Source: an uncultured beta proteobacterium
Lineage (GTDB): Bacteria; Pseudomonadota; Gammaproteobacteria; Burkholderiales; Casimicrobiaceae
Direction: 5' to 3'
Length of the DNA stretch: 64,000 nucleotides
NCBI GenBank assembly: GCA_963829415.1
Contig: CAWHII010000004.1
Location: 238,783-302,782, forward strand
Of the stretch, positions 49,578-60,431 are shown one piece after another. How positions within the stretch are numbered: position 1 is the first letter of the stretch; each line of letters starts with the position of its first letter. A model generated the notes under the pieces. The model worked only from the letters and a program-made list of their open reading frames with translations. It did no database searches and was not told the DNA's origin. Both the position numbers and the translations under genes were made by a program.

Positions 49578-50817
49578 TTGAATCCGTTCGCTGCACCGGC
49601 CCCCGAAAAACTGTCGGGACACCGTCCCTTCGTCCATTTCTGGTTCACCCGTGTCGCCACGATCATCGGGTACCAGATGCTGACCGTCGCGGTCGGCTGG
49701 CAGGTCTATGCGCTGACCGGTAGCGCGTTCGACCTGGGTCTCATCGGACTGGTCCAGTTCCTGCCGGCTGTCCTGTTGCTGCTGCTCGCCGGGCATGTCG
49801 CGGACCGCTACGACCGGCGGCGCATCGCGCGCATCTGCCAGGCGGTCGAGGCGCTGGTGGCAGTGCTGCTGGCCGCGGGCAGCACGATGGGTTGGATCAC
49901 GGAGTACGCAATCTTTGTGCTCGTGTTCGTGATCGGCGGCGCGCGCGCCTTCGAGACACCGTCGCTGCAGGCCATGCTGCCTGCTGCTGATACCCACGCG
50001 CCTCCTGCCACGCGCGGTGGCATCGAGCGCCACGGCCACGCAGACGGCAATCGTCATCGGTCCGGCCATCGGGGGCCTGTTGTACGTCGCAGGGCCGGCG
50101 TGGACCTATGGCGCCTGCGCGGCGATGTTCGTCGCGGCCAACATCCTGACGAGCCGTATCCGCTACGAGCAAGTCGTGCGTCCACGTGAACCCGCCACGC
50201 TCAAGTCGGTGTTCGCGGGGCTGGCGTTCATTCGCAGCCGCGAAGCCATGCTGGGCGCGATCACGCTGGACATGGTCGCGGTCCTGCTGGGAGGCGTGAC
50301 GGCGTTGCTCCCGATCTATGCCAGCGACATCCTGCATACCGGTCCGTGGGGACTGGGGTTTCTGCGTTCCGCACCCGCGCTCGGGGCGCTGGCGGTGGCG
50401 CTCTACCTGGCGCGCAATCCGCTGCAGCGGCACGCAGGTCGCACGATGTTTGCTGCCGTGGCGGTCTTCGGCGCGGTGACCATCGTGTTCGGTGTTTCGC
50501 GCTGGTTTCCGCTGTCGTTCGCTGCGCTGGTCCTGCTGGGCGCCTCCGACATGATCAGCGTCGTCGTTCGCGCGTCGTTGATCCAGCTTGGCACGCCGGA
50601 TGCAATGCGCGGGCGGGTGTCGGCAGTGAACGCCATGTTCATCGGGACTTCCAATCAATTGGGCGAATTCGAGTCCGGCGTCACTGCCGCATGGCTGGGC
50701 ACGGTGGCCTCGGTCGTGATCGGCGGCATCGGCACGATACTGGCCGTGATGCTTGGGCTTCGCCTTTTCCCGCAACTCGCCCGAATCGACCGTTTGGAGT
50801 CCGTGCGCCACGTGTAG
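49578..50817 (+). CDS. MFS transporter (EntS/MefA-like), apparent +1 indel near 49986
   Basis: AGHVADRYDRRRI in the first frame; AIVIGPAIGG..RGRVSAVN..GEFESG in the second; correction gives MLPALIPTRLLPRAVAS. Confidence 0.85.
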
Positions 50818-50879
50818 GACAATGGCGCCTCTGGCGTCGTCCCGGGGCCCGTCGCGGCTCGCTCATCAACGAAAGTCCC

Positions 50880-52754
50880 ATGATCCTTGTCCTCGCCCGC
50901 AGTCCTGCCCTTTACTGGTTCGCCATTGCACTCGCGCTTGGCGCAAGCCCGGCCACAGCGCAAAATGTGGCCACACCCCGCCCCGATCCCGTCGCCATCC
51001 TCGCCGCGGCGAAGGCCGCGAGCGGCGGCTCGTCGTGGGACGCGTTGCGCACGCAGCACAGCAAGGTCAGCATCAGCACGGCCGGCGTAAACGGCGCGGC
51101 TGAACGCTGGGCCGACATCGGCACGGGTCGCTCTCTGATCAAGTACAACATCGGCCCCGTGTCCGGCGCCGCCGGATACGACGGCAAAATCGCCTGGTCG
51201 CAGGATGGCGCCGGTCAGTCGCGGATCGAAACCACCGATGCCGCACGGGAACTGGCCGTCAACGCGGCCTATCGCGACAAGCTCGCCTTCTGGTACCCGG
51301 ACCGCGCGGCGGCCCAGATCTCCTTTCTCGACCGCGTCATCGACGAAGGTGCGCAGTTCGACGTCATCCGCATCGTCCCCGAGGGCGGCCGGGCGTTCCA
51401 GTTCTGGATCAACAGCGACACCCACCTGATCGAGCGACTGGTCGAGCGCGAGGCGCAGGAGACTAGGACGGAGTATCTGATGGACCTGCGCGACGTGGAA
51501 GGCGTCAAGGTCCCCTATCGCGTGCGCGCGACGCGCGGCGACCCGCGCGAGGATGAAGTCGTCACGGTCGACAAGCTCGACTACAACTGGCCTCTGACCG
51601 GGATCGGGTTCGCGCAACCGGCCGCCGCGAGACCGGACTTCTCGCTTGCCAATGGTAGCGCCGCCGTCGAGGTGCCATTCGAAGTCCGCGACGGGCGCCT
51701 GTTCGTCACCGTCATGCTGAACGGCAAGGGCCCGATCCGGATGCTGCTGGATTCGGACCGCGGCAATATTCTCTCGCCACAGGCCATGGCGGCACTTGGC
51801 GTCAAGCCACAGGGGAACTTCGGCGTTGCCGGCGCCGGTGAAAACCAGCAGGAAGTCGGCATCGCGCGAATCGACCGCCTTGACCTTGGCGGAGTGGGCA
51901 TCGACGGCATGCTGTTCGCCGCAATCGACGTCTCCGAATACATGGCAAGGGTCGAGGGTGTCGATGGCGTTGGCGGTGTCATCGGATACGAGCTGTTCAA
52001 GCGCTTTCCCGTCAAGCTCGACTTCCAGCGCTCGCGCGCCACGTTCTACGATCCCTCGAGGTTTTCCTATTCCGGCGGCGGCGTCGGTGTTCCGGTCAAG
52101 CTCCGCGAACATGTCGCCCACGTCGAAGGCAGCGTGGATGGCTTCAAGGGTGCGTTCGCCATCGACACCAGCAGCCGCGGTGCACTGGCGCTGACCGCGC
52201 CTTTCGTGGAAAGGAATGGCCTAGTCAAACGCTACGGCGCCACGCAGTCGTTCGTGTCCGCTGCCGGTACTGACGGTTACATGCATTCGTTGCTGGCCCG
52301 CGCCAGCGCCCTCAAGCTGGGCTCCGTCGCGGTGGACAGGCCCGTCGTGGCATTGTCGACGCAGTCAGTGGCGGACACCGCCAACGCCGAAGTCGCCGGT
52401 AGCGTGGGATACGGCATTCTGCGGCAGTTCAACGTCACCTTCGACTACGCGAACGGGATGCTGTATTTTGAACGGAACGCGAACTACGGCCAGCCGGATG
52501 TTTTCGATCGTTCCGGCATGTGGATCGAACGCCGCGCGAACGGTTACGAGATCATCGAAACGATCAAGGACGGACCGGCGGCCAAGGCAGGCCTGGCCCC
52601 GGGGAACGTCATCGTCGCGATCGACGGCAAGCCGTGGAACTCGCTGCCGCTGGCGACCTTGCGGCAGGACCTGAAGGCCGCGTCAGGCACCAAGGTGAAA
52701 TTGAAGCTCGCCAGCGGACAGGAGCGCGTCATCACGCTGCGCGAACTGATTTGA
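50880..52754 (+). CDS. Secreted protein with tandem retropepsin-like domains and C-terminal PDZ
   Basis: Signal peptide; VTVMLNGKGPIRMLLDSD; IDTSSRG; GVIGYELFKRF..LDF; GPAAKAGLAPGNVIVAIDG. Confidence 0.8.
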   Translation: MILVLARSPALYWFAIALALGASPATAQNVATPRPDPVAILAAAKAASGGSSWDALRTQHSKVSISTAGVNGAAERWADIGTGRSLIKYNIGPVSGAAGYDGKIAWSQDGAGQSRIETTDAARELAVNAAYRDKLAFWYPDRAAAQISFLDRVIDEGAQFDVIRIVPEGGRAFQFWINSDTHLIERLVEREAQETRTEYLMDLRDVEGVKVPYRVRATRGDPREDEVVTVDKLDYNWPLTGIGFAQPAAARPDFSLANGSAAVEVPFEVRDGRLFVTVMLNGKGPIRMLLDSDRGNILSPQAMAALGVKPQGNFGVAGAGENQQEVGIARIDRLDLGGVGIDGMLFAAIDVSEYMARVEGVDGVGGVIGYELFKRFPVKLDFQRSRATFYDPSRFSYSGGGVGVPVKLREHVAHVEGSVDGFKGAFAIDTSSRGALALTAPFVERNGLVKRYGATQSFVSAAGTDGYMHSLLARASALKLGSVAVDRPVVALSTQSVADTANAEVAGSVGYGILRQFNVTFDYANGMLYFERNANYGQPDVFDRSGMWIERRANGYEIIETIKDGPAAKAGLAPGNVIVAIDGKPWNSLPLATLRQDLKAASGTKVKLKLASGQERVITLRELI

Positions 52755-52803
52755 AGCAATCGACAGCTGCGCAATCGAAACGACTCGACAGGAGCTACGC
52801 ATC

Positions 52804-52953
52804 ATGACCAAAACCAAGGGCGGCATTCACTTTCCGACTCCCAAAGGCAAGCATGGCGCGCCACTGGTGCCGGGACAGGACGCGAAGAAACGCCAAGCCA
52901 TGCCTGTGCCACACGTAGCACCGCGGACCAAGGCCAGCACCAAGGGTCGCTAG
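52804..52953 (+). CDS. Small basic hypothetical protein (49 aa, absent from the ORF track)
   Basis: AGGAG RBS, ATG 52804 to TAG 52953: MTKTKGGIHFPTPKGKHGAPLVPGQDAKKRQAMPVPHVAPRTKASTKGR. Confidence 0.55.
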   Translation: MTKTKGGIHFPTPKGKHGAPLVPGQDAKKRQAMPVPHVAPRTKASTKGR

Positions 52954-53229
52954 GGAGCCTCTGCATAAGTATTCACGATTGCGCTGCTTGGGCCCGATGC
53001 GGATGGATGCGAGACAGGCGACGCAGGTCGTAGTTGATCCTACGATGCCAAGGAGCACGGCGAAGCAGACGCCGCATTGGGCAGCAGCCCGGAGGGACGG
53101 TGCCTTTCGGGCGGTCTGCTTTGTCGCGAGCCTCGCGAAGGGGGCCCACCATTCGCTTCGGCCCGCTTCGCGCAACCCATCCCGAAAGTCTCCCGTCGCA
53201 ACCGCGAATACTTATGCAGAGGCTCCCTA
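52951..53229. mobile_element. MITE-like element with 33-bp terminal inverted repeats (31/33 match) and TA ends
   Basis: Left TAGGGAGCCTCTGCATAAGTATTCACGATTGCG; right CGCAACCGCGAATACTTATGCAGAGGCTCCCTA; no transposase. Confidence 0.8.
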
Positions 53230-53880
53230 ATGTCCCGCAGCGCCTTCGTGGTCGGCGCGACCGGGCTGGTCGGATCGAAACTGGTGGACGTGTTGCTGGC
53301 GGATCCGGAAAACGGCGTCGTTCACGTGCTCGTCAGGCGCCCGCTTGCGCGGACCGACCCGAGGCTGCGCCCCCATCTCATCGATTTCGCACAGCTTGCC
53401 GCAGTCGACTGGCCCGCGGCGGACGACGTCTATTGCTGCCTGGGCACGACCATCGGTGTCGCGGGTTCGCGCGAGGCGTTTCGCAAGGTCGATTACGACT
53501 ATCCGCTGGCCGTCGCGCGCGGAACGCTGGAGCGCGGCGCGCAGCAGTTCCTCTTTGTTTCGGCCATGGGCGCGGATGCGCATTCGTCGGTGTTCTACAG
53601 TCAGGTGAAAGGCGAGCTCGAGGCCGCCGCAGCAGCGCTCGGGTTTCATGCGACCATCGCGTTCCGGCCTTCGCTGCTGGCGGGCGATCGCGCCGAATTC
53701 CGCTTTGGCGAGCGTGTCGCGCTGATGCTGCTGCAACCTGCGCGATGGCTCGTGCCGCGCAAGTACCGGCCCGTCGCGGCCCTTGCGGTCGCGCGCGCCA
53801 TGGCGGACTTTGCCAAGCGCAGCCTGACGGGATTCCACGTCGTAGCGTCCGATGCGATCCAGGCGTTCGCGCCGGGATGA
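53230..53880 (+). CDS. NAD(P)-binding oxidoreductase (HTATIP2/YraR-like atypical SDR)
   Basis: VVGATGLVG, CCLGTTI, FRKVDYDYP, VSAMGAD, RPSLLAG. Confidence 0.88.
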   Translation: MSRSAFVVGATGLVGSKLVDVLLADPENGVVHVLVRRPLARTDPRLRPHLIDFAQLAAVDWPAADDVYCCLGTTIGVAGSREAFRKVDYDYPLAVARGTLERGAQQFLFVSAMGADAHSSVFYSQVKGELEAAAAALGFHATIAFRPSLLAGDRAEFRFGERVALMLLQPARWLVPRKYRPVAALAVARAMADFAKRSLTGFHVVASDAIQAFAPG

Positions 53881-53892
53881 GCTGACCACGCT

Positions 53893-54840
53893 TTGCACGC
53901 CTTCTGGCATCTGCTGGCGCTGACCGCGCCGCTCTTCCTGCTGGTCCTGCTGGGTTACGTGCTCTCGCACTGGGGCCGCTGGCCGCAGGAGGCTTCGGAC
54001 GCACTGACACGCTTCGTCTTTTCGGTCGCCATTCCCGCCTTCCTGTTCCGCCTGATGAGCGATTTCTCGCGGCTGCCGGCCGTCGACGCACGGTTGCTGA
54101 TCGCGTATTTCGGCGGATGCCTCGTCGTTTTCGTGTTGGGACGGGTGATCGCGGCGACGCTGTTCCGGTTGGACGGCGCGTCGCAATCGGTCTTCGCGGT
54201 CGGCGGCATCTTCGCCAATCTCGTGTTGCTCGGGGTTCCGCTGACCAAGGTCACGCTCGGAGACGCAGCGATGCCCTCGGCGTCGCTGGTGATCGTATTC
54301 AATTCGCTGCTGCTGTGGACGCTGGTGACGGTCTCCGTCGAATGGGCGCGCCATCGTGAACTGTCCGTGCGTGGCATTGCCAGGACTGCTCTCGCGGTCG
54401 TCACCAATCCGGTGGTCGCCGGCATTCTGGCAGGTACCGCATTCGGCTTCACCGGCCTGACCCTGCCGGGCATGATCGCCGAAACGGTGCAGCTCATAAG
54501 CCAGGCCGCAATACCGATGTCGCTGGTAGCGCTCGGCATGGGGCTGTCCGAGTACGGTATCCGCGCCGGCTGGCGACAAAGCGTGGCGATTGCCGTTCTG
54601 AAGCTCGCGGTCGCGCCGATCGCCGTGTATGCCATCGCGCGCGCGCTGGCGTTGCCGGCGCTCGAGACGGTGACCGTCGTGGTCATGGCGTCGCTCCCCG
54701 TCGGCGCCAACGTGTACCTGATGGCGCGGGAGTTCGAGACCATGGAAGGCCCGGTCGCCTCCAGTCTCGTGCTCACCACGACGCTGGCGGCGGTGACCAC
54801 GCCGCTGCTGCTTGCACTGCTGGGCGTTGCAGGGACGTAG
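53893..54840 (+). CDS. AEC (auxin efflux carrier) family transporter
   Basis: About ten TM helices, FANLVLLGVP, NPVVAGILAG, LKLAVAP, PVGANVYLMA; TTG start. Confidence 0.88.
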   Translation: MHAFWHLLALTAPLFLLVLLGYVLSHWGRWPQEASDALTRFVFSVAIPAFLFRLMSDFSRLPAVDARLLIAYFGGCLVVFVLGRVIAATLFRLDGASQSVFAVGGIFANLVLLGVPLTKVTLGDAAMPSASLVIVFNSLLLWTLVTVSVEWARHRELSVRGIARTALAVVTNPVVAGILAGTAFGFTGLTLPGMIAETVQLISQAAIPMSLVALGMGLSEYGIRAGWRQSVAIAVLKLAVAPIAVYAIARALALPALETVTVVVMASLPVGANVYLMAREFETMEGPVASSLVLTTTLAAVTTPLLLALLGVAGT

Positions 54841-54842
54841 CG

Positions 54843-55391
54843 ATGGCGCAGAAGGCAACGATCTTCAAGGCGGACCTGGGCGTCGCCGACATGGACCGTG
54901 GCCATTTTGGTACGCACGCACTGACGCTGGCGCGGCACCCCTCCGAGACCGACGAGCGCATGATGGTGCGACTGCTCGCCTTTGCACTCAATGCCGACGA
55001 CGCGCTGTCGTTCGGTCGAGGACTGTCCAGCGAAGACGAGGCCGACCTGGCGCTGCGGGACCTGACCGGCGCCATGCGGCTCTGGATCGACGTCGGCCTG
55101 CCCGATGAAAAGTCGCTGCGCAAGGCTTCCGGGCGCGCCGGGCGCGTCATCGTGTATGCCTATGGCGGTCGCGCGGTCGACCTGTGGTGGGCCAAGAACC
55201 GCGATGCGCTCGAACGGCTGACCAATTTTTCGGCGTTCGCCGTTCCGCTTGAAGCGAGCCAGGCGCTCGCAGGACTCGCCGAAAGAACCATGCAACTCCA
55301 CTGCACGGTGCAGGATGGCCACCTGTGGTTTTCCAACGCCACCGAGACCGTCGCCGTCACGCTGACGGTCCTCGCGCAAGAACGGGTATAA
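54843..55391 (+). CDS. yaeQ: YaeQ family protein
   Basis: [39 protein letters not shown]. Confidence 0.92.
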   Translation: MAQKATIFKADLGVADMDRGHFGTHALTLARHPSETDERMMVRLLAFALNADDALSFGRGLSSEDEADLALRDLTGAMRLWIDVGLPDEKSLRKASGRAGRVIVYAYGGRAVDLWWAKNRDALERLTNFSAFAVPLEASQALAGLAERTMQLHCTVQDGHLWFSNATETVAVTLTVLAQERV

Positions 55392-55515
55392 TCGACGCAC
55401 GCGGCAACTGGCCAGTCCCACTTCCGCTGTCGGTCCCGACTTGTCCGTTCCCTCATTTGCCTGCGACTGGTGTCCAATTCCCGGGCAGCAGGCCGATTCA
55501 TTCCCGAAAGCTGTC

Positions 55516-56960
<1,445 letters not shown>

Positions 56961-56964
<4 letters not shown>

Positions 56965-57893
56965 ACCTCGAGGTGCGCGTAGAGGACCGTCGACAGATAG
57001 CGCTCGCCAAACGACGGGATGATCACGACGATCAGCTTGCCGGCATTTTCCGGACGCTTCCCCACTTCCAGCGCAGCCCAGGTCGCCGCACCTGAAGAAA
57101 TGCCGACCAGCAGTCCTTCCTCCGTCGCCATGCGACGCGCAATGGCCAGGGCATCGTCGTTCTTGACGCGAATGACCTCGTCGTAGATTCTGGTGTTCAG
57201 GATGGCAGGCACGAAGCCCGCGCCGATGCCCTGGATGGGATGCGGCCCCTTGACGCCGCCCGACAGGACCGGCGACGCGTCCGGCTCGACCGCCACGACC
57301 TGCACGCCCGGCTTGCGCGCCTTCAGCACTTCGCCCACACCGGTGATCGTGCCTCCGGTGCCAATGCCTGACACGAAGATGTCGATCTTTCCGTCCGTGT
57401 CACGCCAGATCTCCTCCGCCGTGGACTTGCGGTGTATCTCCGGATTGGCGGGATTCTCGAATTGCTGCGGAATGAAATAGCGGGCATCTGCCGCGGCAAG
57501 TTCCTGTGCCTTCTTGATGGCGCCGGTCATGCCCTCCGGGCCAGGCGTCAGGATCAGTTCCGCCCCGTACGCCTTCAGCAGCAGGCGGCGTTCGCGGCTC
57601 ATCGTTTCCGGCATGACGAATGCACAACGGATGCCGCGGGCCGCGCACACCATTGCCAGGCCAATTCCCGTATTGCCGGACGTCGGCTCGAGGACGATCG
57701 TATCCGCCTTGATCTTCCCTGCCTTCTGCGCCGCGTCGATCATCGCGAGGCCGATGCGGTCCTTGACGCTGTGTGCCGGATTCTGGAATTCGAGCTTGCC
57801 CACCACCTGTGCGGTCATGCCATTGGTGAGGCGGTTGATGCGGACGAGAGGAGTGTTGCCGATGAGTTCGGTGACATCCTGGGCGATGCGCAT
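56961..57893 (-). CDS. cysK: Cysteine synthase A
   Basis: [48 protein letters not shown]. Confidence 0.96.
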
Positions 57894-58080
57894 GATGGCG
57901 GCTCCCGTGTTCGAAGGTGGTTGAATGACAAGTATAGCGGCCCTGCAGTCACGAAATGGTCATCGTGGCTATCCAACCTGATCGGGGCTGTTGGTCCGCT
58001 GCGCATATCGCATTGGGCCCGTGGCATGCGAAAATCCGCCTGTCCCATCACCAGCAGACATCATGGCCGCAAGCACAAGA

Positions 58081-58527
58081 ATGAAACCCTACTCGGTCCG
58101 CAATTCGGGCATCCACGGCCGCGGCGTCTTCGCCACGAAGAAAATCAGCAAGGGCACGGTCATCATCGAATACAAGGGACTGCGGACGTCGTGGGACGAC
58201 GCGATGGAACGGCCCGACAGCGATCCGGACGACTCGGCGCACACGTTTCTGTTCCAGCTCGACGACGGCAGGGTCATCGATGCGCGCGTCCGCGGCAATG
58301 CGGCGCGCTGGATCAATCATTCCTGCGATCCGAATTGCGCTGCGTTCGAGGACGACGACGGCCGTGTCTTCATCGAAGCCAGGCGCAAGATCCGTCCTGG
58401 CGAAGAACTTTCGTATGACTACCGGCTGCAGATCGAGGGGCGGTTGAGCAAGCGCGAGCGGGCGCAGTACACGTGTCGATGCGGCGCCGGCAAATGCCAT
58501 GGTTCGCTGCTTGACGACCGCGGCTGA
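58081..58527 (+). CDS. SET domain protein with post-SET Cys cluster
   Basis: SGIHGRGVFA, RWINHSCDPN, ELSYDY, CRCGAGKC. Confidence 0.92.
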   Translation: MKPYSVRNSGIHGRGVFATKKISKGTVIIEYKGLRTSWDDAMERPDSDPDDSAHTFLFQLDDGRVIDARVRGNAARWINHSCDPNCAAFEDDDGRVFIEARRKIRPGEELSYDYRLQIEGRLSKRERAQYTCRCGAGKCHGSLLDDRG

Positions 58528-58595
58528 CGGCGGAGGAATCCCCACCGGGCGATAATGGCGCCCTCGCCCCAAGGGAACCTCTGAGGCCCAAGGCA

Positions 58596-60326
58596 ATGTC
58601 GCGTTCCAGCCCTGCCGTCGTTAGCGACCCGAAAACCCAGCCGCTTGGGGACGTGGTCGCAGCGCTTCGCGCATGGGCAAATCGGTATGGACGCGAGACT
58701 GCCGCGCGCAAGGCCGCGCTGCTTCGCGAATGTGCTGCCTGTGCGGTGATCGATCCGCAGGAGCTGCTCGCCTATCACGATTGCCTGTTGTTCCTCGTCG
58801 CCTACCCCGAGTCGGCCCCACTTCATGCCGCTGCGCGGCGCGAACTGGTGCGGGTCGCGGCCGCCGCGCGGGTCATGGTCGAATCGGGACCCGCCCACGC
58901 GCGCGCGCGACTGGCCAACAGCGGCGTTGCCTGGGCGCCGATGACCATCGCCTTCGGCTACGACATCGCGCGTTGGCTGGTGGACAGTCATCCGCGGAAC
59001 GGCGACATCGATTCTTTCGACGAGGCGGGCGCGTCATTACCGGCGCTGCTGCGACATGCGCTGCCCGCAATGGAATTCGAACTTCTGGCCGACGACGACG
59101 CTTCATCGGACGACTTCCTCGCCCAGGCCAGCGCCGGGTGTCGCGGCACCGGTCTTGGCTGGCTCGTCGCGCAATTCGCAGGTCTTCCCTGTGCGGAGGG
59201 ACTTCGCGAGCAGCTGTTCGACTCTCTCAAGGCGTACATCACGATCAATCCGGGCGCCTCCGCGTTGTCGAGGACGTTTGTGCGCGGCCTCCCGGTAAAG
59301 ACTTTCTTTCATCGCGGAAACCTGCAGCGCACCGTGGACGCACCGGCGCTGATCGCCCTGCCACTCGCGCCGCCGACGTCCCTCAGCCTTGCGCAACGCT
59401 CGCACCTGCTCGATGCGGGCCGCGCCATGCTGGCGAGCCTGGGCCGCGAAACCGACGCGATTGCGGCGGCGGAAACGGAAGGCATCGAGTACCACGCGCT
59501 GGGACGCGGCATCGCAATCGCGTTGTACACGATGGCTCCTGGCCGCCGACTACCGCTCGATTCACATGTGGGCTTCATGCTGTTCAAGAATGCGATTCCA
59601 GTCGGCTACGGCGGTGGCTGGCCGTTCCTGGGCACAACGAAGATCGGCGTCAACATCTTTGCACCGTTTCGCGGCGGCGAATCGGCGCACCTGTTCTGCC
59701 AGGTGCTGCGCGTCTATAGCCAGCGCTTCGGCGTCGACCACTTCATCGCCGAACCATCGCAGTTCGGCGGCGGCAACCGCGAAGGACTCGAATCCGGCGC
59801 ATTCTGGTTCTATTACCGGCTCGGATTCCGACCGGTGACCTCTGCGCTCGCCGCTCTCGCCGCCGCCGAGTTCGACAGGATGCGCCGCGAGCCCGGATAT
59901 CGTCCGCCCATCGCGGTGCTGCGGCGATTCACGAGGTCGGATATCGAGCTGCGCTTGCACACCGGCGCCGCGGTGCGGCCTGTGTGCGATCCGGCGGATC
60001 TTTCGCTTGCGGTCTCGGCATGGATTGCCTCGCGCTTTCGCGGCGATCGCGCGCACGCCGTGGCATTCGCCGTGCGAACCGTTACGCGCGCGCTGTCTGC
60101 ACGGGGAGTCGCGCGCTGGCCCGAGGCCGAACGAACGGCATTCCGGTCGTTTTGCCTGCTGCTGGCCCAGATACCTGACCTTGCCCGCTGGCCCGCCCGC
60201 GACAAGGCCCGCGCAATCGCGCTTGCACGCGCCAAAGGCGGGGACGAATTCCGGTACTTCGACCTCTTGCGCGGCCATGCGCGCCTGCAAGCGGCACTTT
60301 GCGCGATCTCCGGGCGGCGCGACTGA
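58596..60326 (+). CDS. Large hypothetical protein with a possible C-terminal GNAT-like region
   Basis: 576-aa clean frame; KNAIPVGYG..VNIFAPFRGGES..SGAFWFYYRLGFRP. Confidence 0.7.
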   Translation: MSRSSPAVVSDPKTQPLGDVVAALRAWANRYGRETAARKAALLRECAACAVIDPQELLAYHDCLLFLVAYPESAPLHAAARRELVRVAAAARVMVESGPAHARARLANSGVAWAPMTIAFGYDIARWLVDSHPRNGDIDSFDEAGASLPALLRHALPAMEFELLADDDASSDDFLAQASAGCRGTGLGWLVAQFAGLPCAEGLREQLFDSLKAYITINPGASALSRTFVRGLPVKTFFHRGNLQRTVDAPALIALPLAPPTSLSLAQRSHLLDAGRAMLASLGRETDAIAAAETEGIEYHALGRGIAIALYTMAPGRRLPLDSHVGFMLFKNAIPVGYGGGWPFLGTTKIGVNIFAPFRGGESAHLFCQVLRVYSQRFGVDHFIAEPSQFGGGNREGLESGAFWFYYRLGFRPVTSALAALAAAEFDRMRREPGYRPPIAVLRRFTRSDIELRLHTGAAVRPVCDPADLSLAVSAWIASRFRGDRAHAVAFAVRTVTRALSARGVARWPEAERTAFRSFCLLLAQIPDLARWPARDKARAIALARAKGGDEFRYFDLLRGHARLQAALCAISGRRD

Positions 60327-60431
60327 TATCGCCGGCGGCCATCCTCGGCAATGCGCGATTTCCGGTCCGCCGGGTACAATCCGCGCGTCGTCGCGGTTGC
60401 GCGACTCGCTGCCTTCTTCTTGGATGGAACA

